NCBI GenBank assembly: GCA_043228905.1
Contig: JBHGNT010000006.1
Span: 17,546,001 to 17,610,000, forward strand
DNA: 64,000 nucleotides
Reading direction: 5' to 3'
Source: Azolla caroliniana
Lineage: Eukaryota > Plantae > Polypodiophyta
The number at the start of each line of letters is the position of its first letter. Position 1 is the stretch's first letter. The notes under the pieces are model-generated. The model did no database searches, was not told where the DNA came from, and was given only the letters and a program-made list of their open reading frames with translations. Of this stretch, positions 12,052 through 25,700 are shown piece after piece. The position numbers and the translations under genes were made by a program.

Positions 12052-15000
12052 ATGGACGAATCGTTTGGCGGCATGTTCAAGCTCACCGGCTCCAACTATT
12101 CAGTGTGGAAGTCGAAGATGAGGGACATGCTCGTGGTTAAAGACCTCTGGCTGCCGGTTCAGTTCGGGGACAAGAGACCGGACAAAATCGACGCCGTGAT
12201 ATGGGAGGTGATGCACATGAAGATAACGGCGTACAGACGGTGCTTCATCGACATGAGCCTGTACAACAACTTCAATGAAGAGAGCAAGGCTCATGAGCTC
12301 TGGGAGAAGATCGGCATAATGTTCCAGAACAAAAATGCTGTCAATCAGGTGTCGGTATTCCGGAAGCTAGTAAGACTCCGGTACCAAGATGGCTCCAGCA
12401 TGGCGGAGCATATGAATGCCTTCTAGGGGCTGATCCACCATGCAACGTTATTGGAAGTACCTCTTGCCGATGAGGTCCTAGCGCTACTCCTGCTCGGTTC
12501 CCTCCCGGATAGCTGGGAGACGTTGGTTGTCACTTTGGGCAACGCCGGGCCGGAAGGAAAACGGTTATCCCTAGCAAGAGTAAAGTCGAGCTTGCTAGAT
12601 GAGGAGGCTCGTCGGAAAGACAAAGATACGAGCTCCGACTCCAAAGCGCTCCTTACCGAATCGGAACACGGAAGACATAGAAACCGTAGTCCCCAGAACC
12701 GGGAGAAGTTGGGGACACGGTCAAAGTCAAGGGGGAGGCCTACTTGCTTCTATTGCGGCAAGCCGGGACACTTCCAAAAGAACTGTCGGCATTTCCGTAA
12801 AGACAAGGAAACCGACGGTACCGATTCAAAGCAAACCCCAAACCGGAACGGTAAAGACCGGAGGGGGCCGGACCGGAAGGGAACGACTGCAATTGCGGCA
12901 AGTGAAGAGGAGTTGATGCTCATCACCGAGGAGAGTGAGATAAACCATGCCGGCGACGAGATAACCTGGGTGGTAGACTCCGGAGCATCGTTCCACCTTA
13001 CCCCGGACCGGAAATGCTTCTCATCCTACTCAGCCGGTGATCACGGTTGTGTCCGGATGGGGAATGAAGGAACATGCCGAATTGTCGGCATAGGAGATGC
13101 GTGGCTGACAACACCAACCGGATGCAAGTTGTTGTTGAAGGATGTTCGACATGTTCCGGAAGTTCGTCTGAACCTGATATCAGCCGGTCGGCTAGATGAT
13201 GAAGGCTACACGGGTAGCATCCGGAACGGTATCATGAAGTTCAGCAAAGGGAGCCTGATTGTGGCTCGGGCCCGGAAGGTAAACACACTGTACCTGATGA
13301 ATGCCCGGTTATGTCCGGAAGAAGTGAACGTGGCTTCCGACACTACCGGTGAGCTGTGGCACAAGAGGCTATGTCACATTAGTGAGAAGGGGATGAAGAG
13401 GCTTGGAGACGACAACCTCATTCCAGTGAAGAACGTGCACTTAGAGAAGTGCACTGATTGTCTGGCCGGTAAGCAGAACCGGACCTCCTTCCGACCAAGG
13501 CCACCGATGAGACGTAATGCACCACTGGAGTTGGTGCATACGGATGTTTGTCAAGTAGACACGAAGTCACATGCCGGAGCGCAGTACTTCGTGACGTTCA
13601 TAGATGACCACAGCCGGAAGCTGTGGGCCACACCGCTGAAGACGAAGAATCAGGTGTTATCAGTCTTCAAAGAGCTCCACGCGAGAGTGGAAAGAGAAAC
13701 CGGCCGGAAGCTAAAGGCGGTTCGAGCAGATAACGGAGGAGAGTACCGGGGGCAGTTCGAGGAGTACTGCCGCTCGAAGGGAATCCGGCTCGAATTTACC
13801 ATGCCGAAGACGCCGGAACTAAACGGACTGGCCGAGAGGATGAACCGGACCATAATGGAGAGGGTCCGGAGTATGCTAGCGCATGCAAAACTACCCAAGA
13901 AGTTTTGGGCTGAGGCACTGTCGACGGCGACATATGTGATAAACAGATCACCCTCAGTACCCTTGGACGGAGACACGCCACAGAGAGTATGGACCGGTAA
14001 GGAAGTGTCCTACCGGCATCTGAGAGTGTTCGGGTGTCTCGCATACGTGCATGTAGCAAAGGACCGGAGAGGAAAGTTAGATCCAAAGACCCGGCCATGC
14101 ATATTCCTCGGTTACGGTGACGATGAGTTCGGCTACCGAATGTGGGACCCGGTCGACAAGAAGGTATTCCGGAGTCGAGATATTATCTTCATGGAGGACA
14201 AGACGCTCGCCGACTGGGAGTCGGAGAAGAAGATAATGAACTCCGAGTCGACCGGTAAGGATAGACTCTACAATGAGCAGACCCAACCGGCAAGAGACCG
14301 GTTAGCACTCGAGGAACCAGCCGGTTACGGTGAGGATACCGAACCGACAGAAGAAGAAGTAGAGGAAGCTGAGACCGGAACCGGTCAAGACCCCGAATCG
14401 GATTCGGATGAAGAGCAAATGGAGGAACCGGTTACCGAAGCCCGAAGACGTAGATATCCTCTCAGAGAGAGAAGGGCGCCCCGGAGATTTCCAGATGCAG
14501 AGCATGTCCTGCTGACCGATGAGGGGGAGCCGGAAAGCTTCGAAGAAGCGAAAGAAGACACCCACAGCCGAAAATGGTTAAGTGCCATGCAGGATGAGAT
14601 GGATTCCCTGCATGAGAACCATACGTACGAATTGGTGGTGCTGCCGAAAGGAAAGCGGGCACTCCGAAACAAGTGGGTGTTCAAGTTGAAACCGGGAGAT
14701 GCCGGCAACCCCCCGAGATACAAAGCCAGGATCGTGGTGAAGGGGTTCCAGCAGAAGAAGGGCGTGGATTTCGACGAAATATTCGCACCGGTAGTAAAGA
14801 TGACCTCCATCCGGACAGTGCTGAGTATAGCAGCAAGCATGGATCTCGAGGTAGAGCAACTGGACGTGAAGACGACATTCCTTCACGGCGACCTCGAAGA
14901 GGAAATCTACATGCAGCAACCGGAAGGATTTGTGGAGAAAGGGAAGGAGCACCTGGTATGTCGGTTGAAGAAGAGCCTGTACGGACTGAAGCAGGCTCCC

Positions 15001-16098
15001 TGGCAATGGTACCGGAAGTTCGACTCCTTCATGACCGATCAAGGGTACCATAAGACGCAGGCCGATCACTGCGTGTTCGTGAAGAAGTTCGAAGGAGGGG
15101 ACTTCCTGATACTTCTCCTGTATGTGGATGACATGTTGATCGTCGGACGAGACCAAGGCAAAATACGGATGCTGAAGAAGGCTCTCAACCGGACCTTCTC
15201 AATGAAAGACTTGGGTCCGGCAAGACAGATGTTGGGGATGCACATCATTCGGGACCGGTCAGTGAAGCAATTATGGCTGTCACAGGAGAAGTATGTGACA
15301 AAGGTGCTTCACCGGTTCAACATGTCAGATGCAAAACCGGTTGGATCGACACTTCCGGAAAACTGCAAGTTGTCCGGCTACCAAAGCCCGAAGACAAAAG
15401 GAGAGAAGGCAGATATGATGAAGATTCCATATGCCTCTGTCGTCGGGAGCTTGATGTACGCAATGGTTTGTACCCGACCGGACATTGGATACGCAGTCGG
15501 AGTGGTGAGTCGGTTCATGAGTAATCCCGGCAAGGAGCATTGGAACGCGGTCAAATGGATACTCCGGTATTTGAAGGGCACTTCAAATATGTGTCTCCGA
15601 TTCGGCTCCGGGAAACCTCAACTGGACGGTTTCACCGATTCGGACATGTCGGCTGATGTGGATACCAGCCGGTCTACATCCGGGTATGTGATGACATATG
15701 CAGGGGGAGCTGTTTCGTGGCAGTCGAGGCTGCAGAAGACGGTTGCATTGTCAACCACAGAGGCGGAGTACATGGCGGCTGTAGAAGCCGGCAAGGAAAT
15801 ATTATGGATGAAGGACTTCATCGGAGAGCTCGGTATCCGGCAAGAGGAATACCAACTCTACTGCGACAGTCAAAGTGCCATCCACCTTGCTAAGAATGCG
15901 GCCTACCATTCCCGGACGAAGCATATCCAGTGGAGGTATCACTGGATCCGGGAAAGGGTAGATGACTAGGAGTTCGCACTGACGAAGATCCACACGGCCG
16001 AGAACGGGTCAGATATGCTGACCAAAGTGCTGACACCCGACAAGCTGGACGCATGCCGGAAGAGGATCGGGCTGGAAAGACACCCCATGCCGGAGTGA
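12052..16098 (+). pseudogene. gag-pol: Copia C gag-pol polyprotein, single frame with two in-frame TAG stops (12424, 15967)
   Basis: CFYCGKPGHFQKNC knuckle, VDSGAS protease, HHCC/DDE integrase, YVDD RT, RNase H TDSD; ORFs 11932-12426 and 12451-15969 share a frame. Confidence 0.95.
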
Positions 16099-16108
16099 AG
16101 GGGGAGTT

Positions 16109-16724
16109 TGTTGGGAGACAGGTCCCTCCGGATGGGAAGGGAGAAGAACAGTGCCGACGAACAAACTCGGCCGAGGCCGAGGCCGAACCGGTATGAACCG
16201 GATGGGGAGTACCCGACTGCGGAGAGCCGGATGGTGTAGGCCCGGTATGAACCAGAGGAAGAGACATATTCGTAAATATGTTTCTGAGAGCCCATCGAGG
16301 CTACATTTGTAAATAGCCGAAAAGTCAGATTAGTATAAATATGACTTAGGGCAAACTTTTAGTGTGTGTCGTTTTGTTGTTGTCATTCTTCCTTGTTGGT
16401 GCAAGAAGAAGAGAGAGCGCGTAACTGTAGAGAGAGAGAGAGAGAGACGAGGTCGTTGCCTCTGTTGTAACCGCTGCCTGTGGCGAAGATCTAAGAGCAC
16501 GAGGTCGTTGCCTCGGTGAACTCACTGTTGTATATTCCTACATAGTGACAGTTTGCAGCCTGTGGGTTGCCGTGGTTTTTTACCCTATTTTGGGGTTTTC
16601 CACGTAAACCTCCTATGTACCATTTCTCTCCTTTGTGTCGCGTCTCATCACCTGTTTTTCTGTGTATGAAAAGAATCTCGGTTGTGGCCGAGCGTCGGAC
16701 ATAAGGATTGTCGAGTTCTCGACA
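16109..16724 (+). repeat. 3' LTR of Copia C
   Basis: tgttgggagac...ctcgaca followed by TSD tcaag. Confidence 0.95.
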
Positions 16725-17499
16725 TCAAGGTGGCGCCGGAAATCGGCAAGCAAAGGCCGACACGAATGCTAGTATTGTGGCAAGAAAGACCACAAGGAGA
16801 GTGAGTGGCAAGAACGGACAAGGGAGCTAGCACAGATCGCATTACGTTGAAGGATCGGAAGGATCCAGGACCGAAAAGACCGAAAATGGATCGGGCGCAA
16901 CCTTTGTGATGAAGCACAAGGCTAATTCGATGAAGACAAGCACCTCGAAACCGAACGAGACATGGTATATTCATTCCCGTGTGTTGAACCATGTGATGAG
17001 CCACGAGGAGTGCTTCTCGTATTTGGAGAAACCAGAACAACTGGGGGTCGTTGAAACCACTAACGACACCCCCAACAATAACGAAGAACATGGTGTAGGC
17101 TAGACAAATTGTTGACCAAGGGATGCAGGTCTGGTTCACACATCTCGGATGCTTCATCGAAGAAGAAGGCAAAGTCATTGAACAAGGGCACCAAGAAGGG
17201 AGGATGCTTATCCTCACAACAAATGAAGTCCGAACCGTGATATTTGCAAAAGGGCAAAAGGTTGAGTCGGACATTGACCAATGGCACAAGAGATTCGGCC
17301 ATATCAACTTCCCACGGTTTGGGGAGATTCAAACAAAGAATATTGTCTTCAGATTACAGAAATTCAGTGGCTGGAATGGCCAAGTTTGTGACGCAACCAA
17401 TTAGGGAAGCAACACTGACTTCCATTCCCCAACGAGTGAAAACAAAGCCGGAACAAACTAGATTTGATGCATTCGGATGTGTGGGAACCGGCATAGAAC

Positions 17500-17814
17500 C
17501 TTGAGCAAGAGTTGCCCTTCGATTCTCGAGGACCCAAGTATCACCATCTAAAACACAGTCTTGTATAGAGAATGAGAAACGGAAACAACAGACCAATAGA
17601 CATAATACCAAGATCAGAGAAGATAAAACTATATTAAAACGGCGCTCTTACAATATGCCCCCTTTTACAGTGGTCTTTCACCCCTTATATACACAGGGCT
17701 TCCAATCAGTTACGCTCCCTGTGTGAACCGTTACCCATGTTACATTAACGCTTCTGCTATAATACTCTATTTTCCATGTGTTATGTCTGGCGGTTACAAT
17801 TCCGGCGGACAACA
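17500..17814 (-). repeat. Truncated LTR related to the LTR at 36945-38338, replacing most of the Copia B integrase
   Basis: Shares agagaagataaaact, ttatataca.aggg, gtgaaccgtt and the terminus attccggcggacaaca with 38130-38338; left end missing; host sequence jumps from early integrase to RT. Confidence 0.75.
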
Positions 17815-19766
17815 CCGGTCGCGAAGATGACAGCAATTCATGTCTTGCTCGTCGTAGCTGCGGCAAAGAGGTAGCACTTACATAAAATGGATGTAAAGAA
17901 TGTGTTCCTGCAAGGTGAGCTTGAGGAACAGGTGTACATGGTACAACCCCTTCGATTTTTGTCTGGAATGAACACGTCGGTTGTTTGTCGGTTGAACAAA
18001 TCCCTCTACGAACTAAAGCAAGCCCCACGTGTCTAGAACGAGAAGATCACGCAGCGACTGCGTTGGATGGGGTTTGCCACGTCGAAATCAGACTCTTCAC
18101 TTTTCATTCGGCTAGATCGGAATGGGCCGGTTAATATTTTACTTTACATTGATGATCTAGCCATCCCTAGAGCCGACCAAGAAGAAATCAACTGCATGAA
18201 GTCCTAGCTAGCGATATCATTTGACATGAAGGATCTAGGGGACCTTCATTGCTTACTCGGGATCGAAGTGATCTGCACCCCCGAAGGCATAGTGATAAGC
18301 CAACGACATTATGTGTTGTGTATGCTCTTCAAGTTCAGAATGACGGAGTGCAAATCCATCTAAACTCCTTTGGATAGGAATGTGAAACTTCACCCCCACT
18401 CTGGAACGGCATGCGATCGAAAACAGTTCCAACAGATAGTCCGAAGCATTATCTACTTGACTATCACCCAGTTCGCCCTCCGCTCTCTGGTCGGCCTGAT
18501 TAGTCAATTTATGGTGCATCCGACCATGGAGCAACTTCAGTGTGCACAACGTATACTCAGGTATGTCAGCGGCACTAAGGACCGGGGGTTTCTATATTGG
18601 GTTAGTGTAGCCGAACAATTAGTCTTCTACACGGATGCTGATTAGGACGAAAACGTTGGCGATCGCAGGCCTACATCTGGCTATGCATTTTCACTTGGAA
18701 AAGCCGAGGTCGTCTGGAGGGACAAGAAGCTGCAGTCATCTGTTGAGCATCGAGGCCGAGCATCGAGGAGTGTCTATCGCGACATGCAAAGCCATATGGC
18801 TCAAGAGGATATTGAAGGATCTACAAGTGTCCAATCCGATGACGATCTACTGTGACAACCTCAGCAACATCCAACTTGCGAAGAACCCCATCTTCCGTGA
18901 CCGGACCGAGAACATTGAGGTGCACTATCATTTTGTCCGCAAGCAAGTCCTTTCCAATGAAGTCGAACTGGTGTATGTTCCGACGAATCGGCAGACTGCC
19001 GAAATCTTCACCAAACCCCTTCGCCTGGACAAGTTGTGGCTATTTTCGGTTGCTCTTGGCTTGCAGCATGTCGACGTGCCAAACTTGAGGGAGAGAAATA
19101 GAGAAAGGAATGGAAGAGGCCAAAAAGCCAAGTCGGATGAGGAGTTCATCTTCGGGTCAATTGAGGAAGCCGAAAATGGATACGGGGAGCCATAGGGGCG
19201 AGCCAGAGCTAGAGTGAACCGAATAAGGGGGAGATAAAGCCAAGAAGGGCAAGAAGGAGAAGACTCGGACATGGTCTAATGTGGTAAAGGCCTACAGGAT
19301 GAGGACTAATTGGAGACAACCATTTGGGACAAGAGCTAGAACGAATCAGAGGTAGCCTATTCGAAAGAGGTCATTTATTCAGAGGAGTCGAATCAACTGA
19401 AGGCAAAACGGACACGAAGGCAACAGAAGTCGTCGACGACACAAAGGAACAAATGGGCTGAGAAGCGCCGAAGTCACAATAGTAAAGGAGCTAAGATGGG
19501 CCTGATGAGAAGATGAGTCGACCTAGAAGGATGAGGTGCGCGGGTGGGTCGTGGAAAGCTAGATTGGACGTGTCAAGGAGCACGAGCAAGGAGTGAAAAT
19601 GCCAAAAGGAGCCAGAGGAAATGACCGGTTGACACTGACACAACGATCTGACCTCAAGTTGAGGGAGCAAGCTCAACATGATCCGGATCGGCTGAATAAG
19701 CCATGAGCCGGATTGGTGTCCAGATCGGTATCCGGATCAGAGTGTAACCGGTAGGCCATTACAGGT

Positions 19767-20152
19767 TGTTGAGAGACAAGCTCAACATGGGCGGAGGGCT
19801 GAGAGCCGAGAGTCAGAAGCCGGATTAAAAGGATTTCAAAAAGGCCATTGAGGGGCTATATTCGTATTATCATAGATAGGAATATTGTAGGCAGAATTAG
19901 TGTCAGGCTCATTTATGAGCATTGAAGTACTAATGGTACTTGTGTCAGCCCACTCGTGAGGGGCCTGTATAATAAGTGCTCACTGAGCACAATGTATGTA
20001 TAGAGGGCTCATTATTCGAAATAGAAGAGGTTGGCTGCTCTCTTTGTCTCTCTCTCTCACCATTCTCTATGTTTACCTAAGTGTCGAGTTTCCGAAAGCA
20101 ATTGTGTACGCAATGTTTATCGCACACATTGCCGCACATGTATCCTTTTACA
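19767..20152 (+). repeat. 5' LTR of Copia D
   Basis: tgttgagagacaagctcaaca...tttaca followed by PBS-Met. Confidence 0.9.
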
Positions 20153-20666
20153 TGGTATCAGAGCGTGAGGGTTGACACTCCTATGCAGCCGAAAGAAAAG
20201 CAAGCGAACAAGGCAGAAACAAGTTTTCTCGTTTTTTAGAAAAGGAAAAGAGAGGAACATGGACAGAGGAATGGGAAGCTCGATTCTAACCGAAAAGCTC
20301 GATGGGAGCAACTATGCATCTTGGTCATACAAGATGCACAAGTACCTGCTCGGGCACAGTTACTAGATTTACGTTGAAGGAGCTCATGATGTAGCACCCG
20401 AGTTGAGACACAAAGATTTCCAAGCCTGGGAACAGGCGGCAAGTAGAGTTCTCTACTGCTTTGCATCCTATGTGAGCGATCAACATTTGAGCTACATTCG
20501 GGATGCTAGGATGCCGAAGAATGATTGGGGAAATGTGAAGAAGATTTTCGCCACAAGCACCACAGCCAGAAAGCTTCAGCTCACATAGGAGTTGAGCAAC
20601 ATCCGACAAAGAGACATGTCGGTGGCTGCCTACACCTCTAAGATCAAGGAGATCTATGACTCTCTC

Positions 20667-21132
20667 TGTTACGGGCATGACCATATAATATCCCGTGGTG
20701 AGAATTGTCGTAGTATTCTATACACGTGGATAAGTGTGAGGGTTAAACAAAGAGTCTAAAGAAGGGGAGGATTACTTTTAATCCTCGGGATTGAGACAAC
20801 CCATGAGGCCAAGTGTGAACATGGCTGGGGGCCTTGAGAATTACTATAAATAAGAGGCCTAGCTACCCTCATTTGGGGCATGCATTGACTACGTCGAGAC
20901 TCTGTCCGTGAGTGGAACGACTCTTGTAGCAAGCGCGCTATCGTCCAGGTACGACTCGACGCCAAGGCGGTGGTATGGGACGCCGATCGAGGCTCGAGTC
21001 CGTCTCGATCCCTTCGCTCGGGGGTGGTCGGGTGGATCGGCACCCTTCTTTCTCTCTTTTCTCTCTATTCTTTCTAGATCTATCATTGATATATCCTTAT
21101 TTTATGCTTACTTTAGTACCTGATCTCTAATA
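20667..21132 (+). repeat. Solo LTR of the chromovirus family at 41863
   Basis: TSD ctctc (20662-20666, 21133-21137); homologous to the reverse complement of 41863-42317. Confidence 0.92.
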
Positions 21133-22329
21133 CTCTCGCCTCCATTAACATGAACGTCGAGGAGGATGAAATGGTGCAAGTTTGCCTTGGAGGGTTGGCA
21201 TCAAAGTTCGGGGCATTCCGAACGACGGTCTGCATGAGGGAGAATACACCATTGTTTTTCGAGCTACAATTGATGTTGCTCATAGACGAGTACGCACACT
21301 GGCCGCAAGATGTTGTACACGGAGGCGGACTGGCCCCGTCATCGTGGTGGATAAGGCGGGTCGATGCATTCTAGAAGCGACCAACACGAGCAGAACTCGA
21401 GGCATAATCGAAATGCTGACAATAGTTCCGGACTCTCCACGAGTAGGGGGAGTCTAGGCAGCGCTGGAGCTTGGCAAGGAAAGGCCGAGACAGACTATTG
21501 GTATTGTGGCCGGAAGGGCCATAGAGAGAGCCAATGCTTGAAAAAGCGAGTTGATTCAGACAAAGCCACATCGAGTCTAGGAGACGTGGATAGGCGTCAG
21601 AGATCGCCCTACGTTGTAGGCTCAGGGCGAGCCAAAATGGGCCAGCCTTCCTCATGAGGCACAAAGCCAACTCAATGGCAGTGAGCACCTCAAGGTTGAA
21701 CGAGGTGTGGTATGTGGATTCGGGCACGTCTAACCACATGAGGAATCATAGCGAGTGGTTGTGAACTCTAGAAAAGCCTGAGCAACCGAGGGTCGTCGAA
21801 ATAGGCGGTGACACCCCTCACCCCATCGAACACATCGAAGATGTCAGAGATGTCCCTCTGAGCCATGTCAGCCCGAAGCGAATCATGAGGAATGTTTTGC
21901 ATGTTCCCACAATCACCAAGAAGTTGGTGTCGGTCAGACAAATTGTCGATCAAGTTTGATTTACTCATCTCAAACGCTTCATGAAGAAGAAGGCAGGATC
22001 GTCACACAATAGTGCCGAGAAAGGAGGATGTTCATCCTCGTCAGAAACGAATGACGTAGGCACTGTTATGTTCGCCAAGGGGTAAAAACTCAAATCGGAC
22101 ATCGACTTGTGGCACAAGCGGTTCGGCCATGTCAACTTCCCGCGGCTTCAGGAGGTGCAGACGAAAAACATCGTTTTCGGCTTGCCAAAATTCATTGGCT
22201 GAAATGGCCAAGTCTGCGAAGCCTGTCAATTAGGGAAGCATAACTGACTTCTGTTCCCCAATCAAAGAAATCGTAGCCGAAACAAGCTCGATTTGATCCA
22301 TTCGGATGTATGGGGACCAACACATAACG

Positions 22330-22780
22330 TGTCAAGAATAGTACTAAAGCAGAGATGGAATTAGTACTAAAGAAGAGCAGTACTATTAGTACTAACGGGA
22401 CGGGACTGCGTAAGATTCCCGAGAGAGGAAGTGAGAAGAGGAGAGAGAGAGAGAGAGAGATAACGAGAATGAGAGAGAGAGAAGGATGATGACAACAACT
22501 CTTATATTATGTGAAAAGATAAGTACAAATCGGCTAAGAGGCTTAAGACTGGCGTTGAACCAATTTGGTTCAAAACAATGCCTTGTGCCTCCTTTTATAG
22601 TGTTTTTAGGAATAATCCTGAAGCTTCTAGAATGTTCTAGAGAGATCTGGAATATACATCAATTTTCTATGATAAAGCATAAATGAAAATAATATCTTAC
22701 AAATTACAATTCATAGTCTAATGGTAAGAGCTCGACCCATGTAGCATAAGTTCATGGGTTCAAGTCTTGCCATATCATGA
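22330..22780 (-). repeat. 3' LTR of the Tcn1 element (terminal dinucleotide and PPT deleted)
   Basis: Direct repeat of 27462-27910 with about ten differences; fused directly to the chromodomain. Confidence 0.93.
22714..22772 (+). promoter_or_regulatory. tRNA-like Pol III A-box/B-box module in the Tcn1 3' LTR (antisense to element)
   Basis: tagtctaatggt ... ggttcaagtc with tRNA spacing. Confidence 0.65.
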
Positions 22781-25700
22781 TCCTGTGCATTGGCAACATG
22801 CTCGACGGGTTCCCAAGTACGTTCGCTCGGACTATAACTGAGCCAATCGACCAAGTAATAATGTTTGTTGCGAACAAGTTTGGAATCGAGGATGGCAACA
22901 ACTTCATACTCCGGGCCGACGTCCAACTCCAACGAGGGCGGCGGTGGTGTCACACGATCAGGAATGGTGTTTGCTTTATAAGGTTCAAGAAGAGAACAAT
23001 GGAAAACTGGATGTATCTGAAGCTGTGGAGGGAGATCAAGGTAGAATGTGACATCATTAATCTTACCCGTAATATGGAAAGGACCGAGTCGTGGATAATC
23101 CAACTTGTCACACGATCGAGTAGTCTTGATGTGACGACGTAAGAGCCATACTCGATCTCCGATGGCAAAAGAGGAGGGAATCCGATGACGATCCGCATAA
23201 GTCTTCTGTGTGTTGAGCATGACGAAGGTGAGTAGAGAGATCCATCTGGATCTTGTGTAGCCTCTCCAAATGATCCTCAGCACGAGGGTTGGTAGGTAGC
23301 TCCGGGGTGTCGATCACCGACCAACGAGGATGGAAACCGGTATAAGCGAAAAATGGGGAGACTCGAATCGAGTGAATAGCATTATTATACGCAAACTCCG
23401 CAAAGTGGAGAATCTCGGCCCAATCGTCCTGTTGATAACTCAGGAAACACCGGAGATATTGCTCCAGCGTTTGGTTTGTTCGTTCCGCCTGCCCGTCGGT
23501 CTGAGGATGGTAGCCGGAGGAGAGATTGCAGGAGACCTTGAGCATCTTGAAGAGATGTTGCCAAAATTTGGAGACAAATTGCGGTCCTCGGTCACTGATG
23601 ATACTGTCTGGGAGGCCATGATGTCGAAATACCTCACGCATAACAAGGGCGGTGGTTTCCTCGCTAGTGATGGCTTTAGTACACGGCACACAATGTGCCA
23701 TCTTCATATATCAATCGACGACGGTTAGGATAGCATCGAACCCCTTCGAGACCGGCAGAACTGTGATAAAATCAAGACAAATAGACTGCCACGGCTTACT
23801 TGGAATCGGTAAGGGTTCCAACAAGCCATATGAATGGTGTCGTGGCATCTTTGCTCGGCAGCAAGCATCACAGGTCCGAACGTAGTCATCGACAAAACGG
23901 CGCATGTGGGGCCACCAAAAAGATCGTTGCACTAGCTCCAACGTCTTAGTACTACCGAAATGTCCCGCCGTATGGGTGTCGTGACAATGTTGGACAATTT
24001 GAAGGTGACAGGAGCAATCGGGGACATATACGCGCTTTTTGAAGAATAACAAACCATCATGATATTCGAATTGTCGGTAGTCAATACCTGGTTGTTGAGA
24101 CTGAGAACAGGATGCCCGAGAAGTATCAATGTGCGCCAGGATGTCTTGAGCAAAACTATCCGTCTTCAAGGTTGCACGTATGTCATCGGTAATCCGTGAA
24201 TCCATCGGGGTGTGAAAAATCCGCGTCGTGTGCAATCGTGTTGGTTCCAAGATTACTTGCTTTTGATTATCAAATGTTGCATCACCAGGACGAGGTGCAA
24301 GATATGAACGCTGTGATAGTGCATCTGCTTTTCCTTGCTGCTTCCCCGGTCGATATGTGATTTTGAAGTCGAAACGCGTGAGGACTTGCGCCCACCGAGC
24401 TTGCCGTCGATTTAGTACGCGAGCGTTCTGAAAATAAGTAAGATTTTTATGATTGCTAAAGACAATGGCCTGATGTGGAGAGCCCTCTAAGAAATGCCGC
24501 CATTGTACAAATGAATCCACGATGGCTAATAACTCCTTGTCATGTATTTCGTAGTTGATTTCTGCGACATCGAATTTGTGCAAATGGAAAGCCACCGGAT
24601 GCAACTCTTCTTTATCTCCTTGTTCAGAAAGGATGCTACCGAGGGCGAAATCTGATGCGTCGGCCTCCATGATGAATGGTTTGCTTGTATCCACATGAGC
24701 TAGAATCGGTGTTGATGTAAAGGCTTTCTTAAGATGCCGAAAAGCCATATTTGCGTCTATGGACCAAAGAAATGCTTGGCCCTTCTTCGTAAGTTGTGTG
24801 AGAGGTAAAATAATATTCGAGTAATCCTGTATAAACTTACGGTAGAAGTTAGCAAAACCTAGAAAACATTGTACATCTCGTACCGACCATGGAATTTGCC
24901 ACTCTAGTACAGTTTGGATTTTAGCTGGATCCATGGCGATGCCCTTTGAGGAGATGACGTAGCCTAGAAATTCCACTTGCTTGCAGTCAAAGCTACATTT
25001 TTCTAGCTTGGCATAAAGACCATTCTCACGGAGTCGCTTTAGTACTAATAGTACATGAGAATCGTGCTCTTCCTAGGTCTTCGAATAAATCAATAGATCA
25101 TCCAGATAAATGATCAAACAGATATCCAAGAGGTCTCTTAATATATCATTTGCCATGTGTTGGAAGACTGCGGGTGCATTGGTTAGGCCGAACGGCATAA
25201 CAGTATACTCGAAATGCCCATACCGTGTGCGAAAGGCGGTCTTCCATTCATCTCCCGGTCGGATCCGCACGAGGTTATACGCTCCTTGTAGGTCGATTTT
25301 AGTAAAAAACTTGGCACCATTAACTCGCTCTAAAAGACTTGATATAAGAGGAAGTGCATACCTATTCCGGATGGTGACTTTATTCAATCCGTGGTAATCA
25401 ACGACAAGACAAAGTGAGCCATCTTTCTTCTTGACAAAGAAGATGGGTGCACCGGCCGGAGATTTCGAATGACGGATGAACCCGCTTGCCAAGTTCTCCT
25501 CTATGTAGGCTCGAAGGACTTCTAACTCGGTGGGTGATAGGTTGTAAATTGGTTCCCATGGTGGCTCGGTTCCTGGTTGTAAATCGATGGGACAGTCATA
25601 AGGACGGTGATGAGGAAGGGTACCGGCTTTTACCTTGTCAAATACATCGGCATAAGGATGATATTTTGCTGGAAGTTGTACTGAGGAGTCCTTCTTAATA

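Larger units (their letters stand above)
11392..16724 (+). mobile_element. Near-intact Tnt1-like Ty1/Copia element C nested in gag of B
   Basis: LTRs 11392-12021 and 16109-16724; TSD tcaag (11387-11391, 16725-16729); PBS tggtatcagagc at 12024; PPT gaagggggag before 16109. Confidence 0.97.
10249..19766 (+). mobile_element. Degraded Copia element B (related to A/D/E); hosts Copia C and an LTR fragment; 3' LTR interrupted by Copia D
   Basis: 5' LTR 10249-10619, degenerate PBS tggtatgaga at 10620, gag (NYASWSYKMHQYL), protease region, RT/RNase H remnants 17815-19100, start of 3' LTR ~19660-19766. Confidence 0.88.

Noticed and set aside
12424-12426. Programmed stop-codon readthrough in Copia C
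   Set aside because: The stop falls mid-gag at a probable CAG codon and lacks a CARYYA context; more simply a C-to-T mutation.
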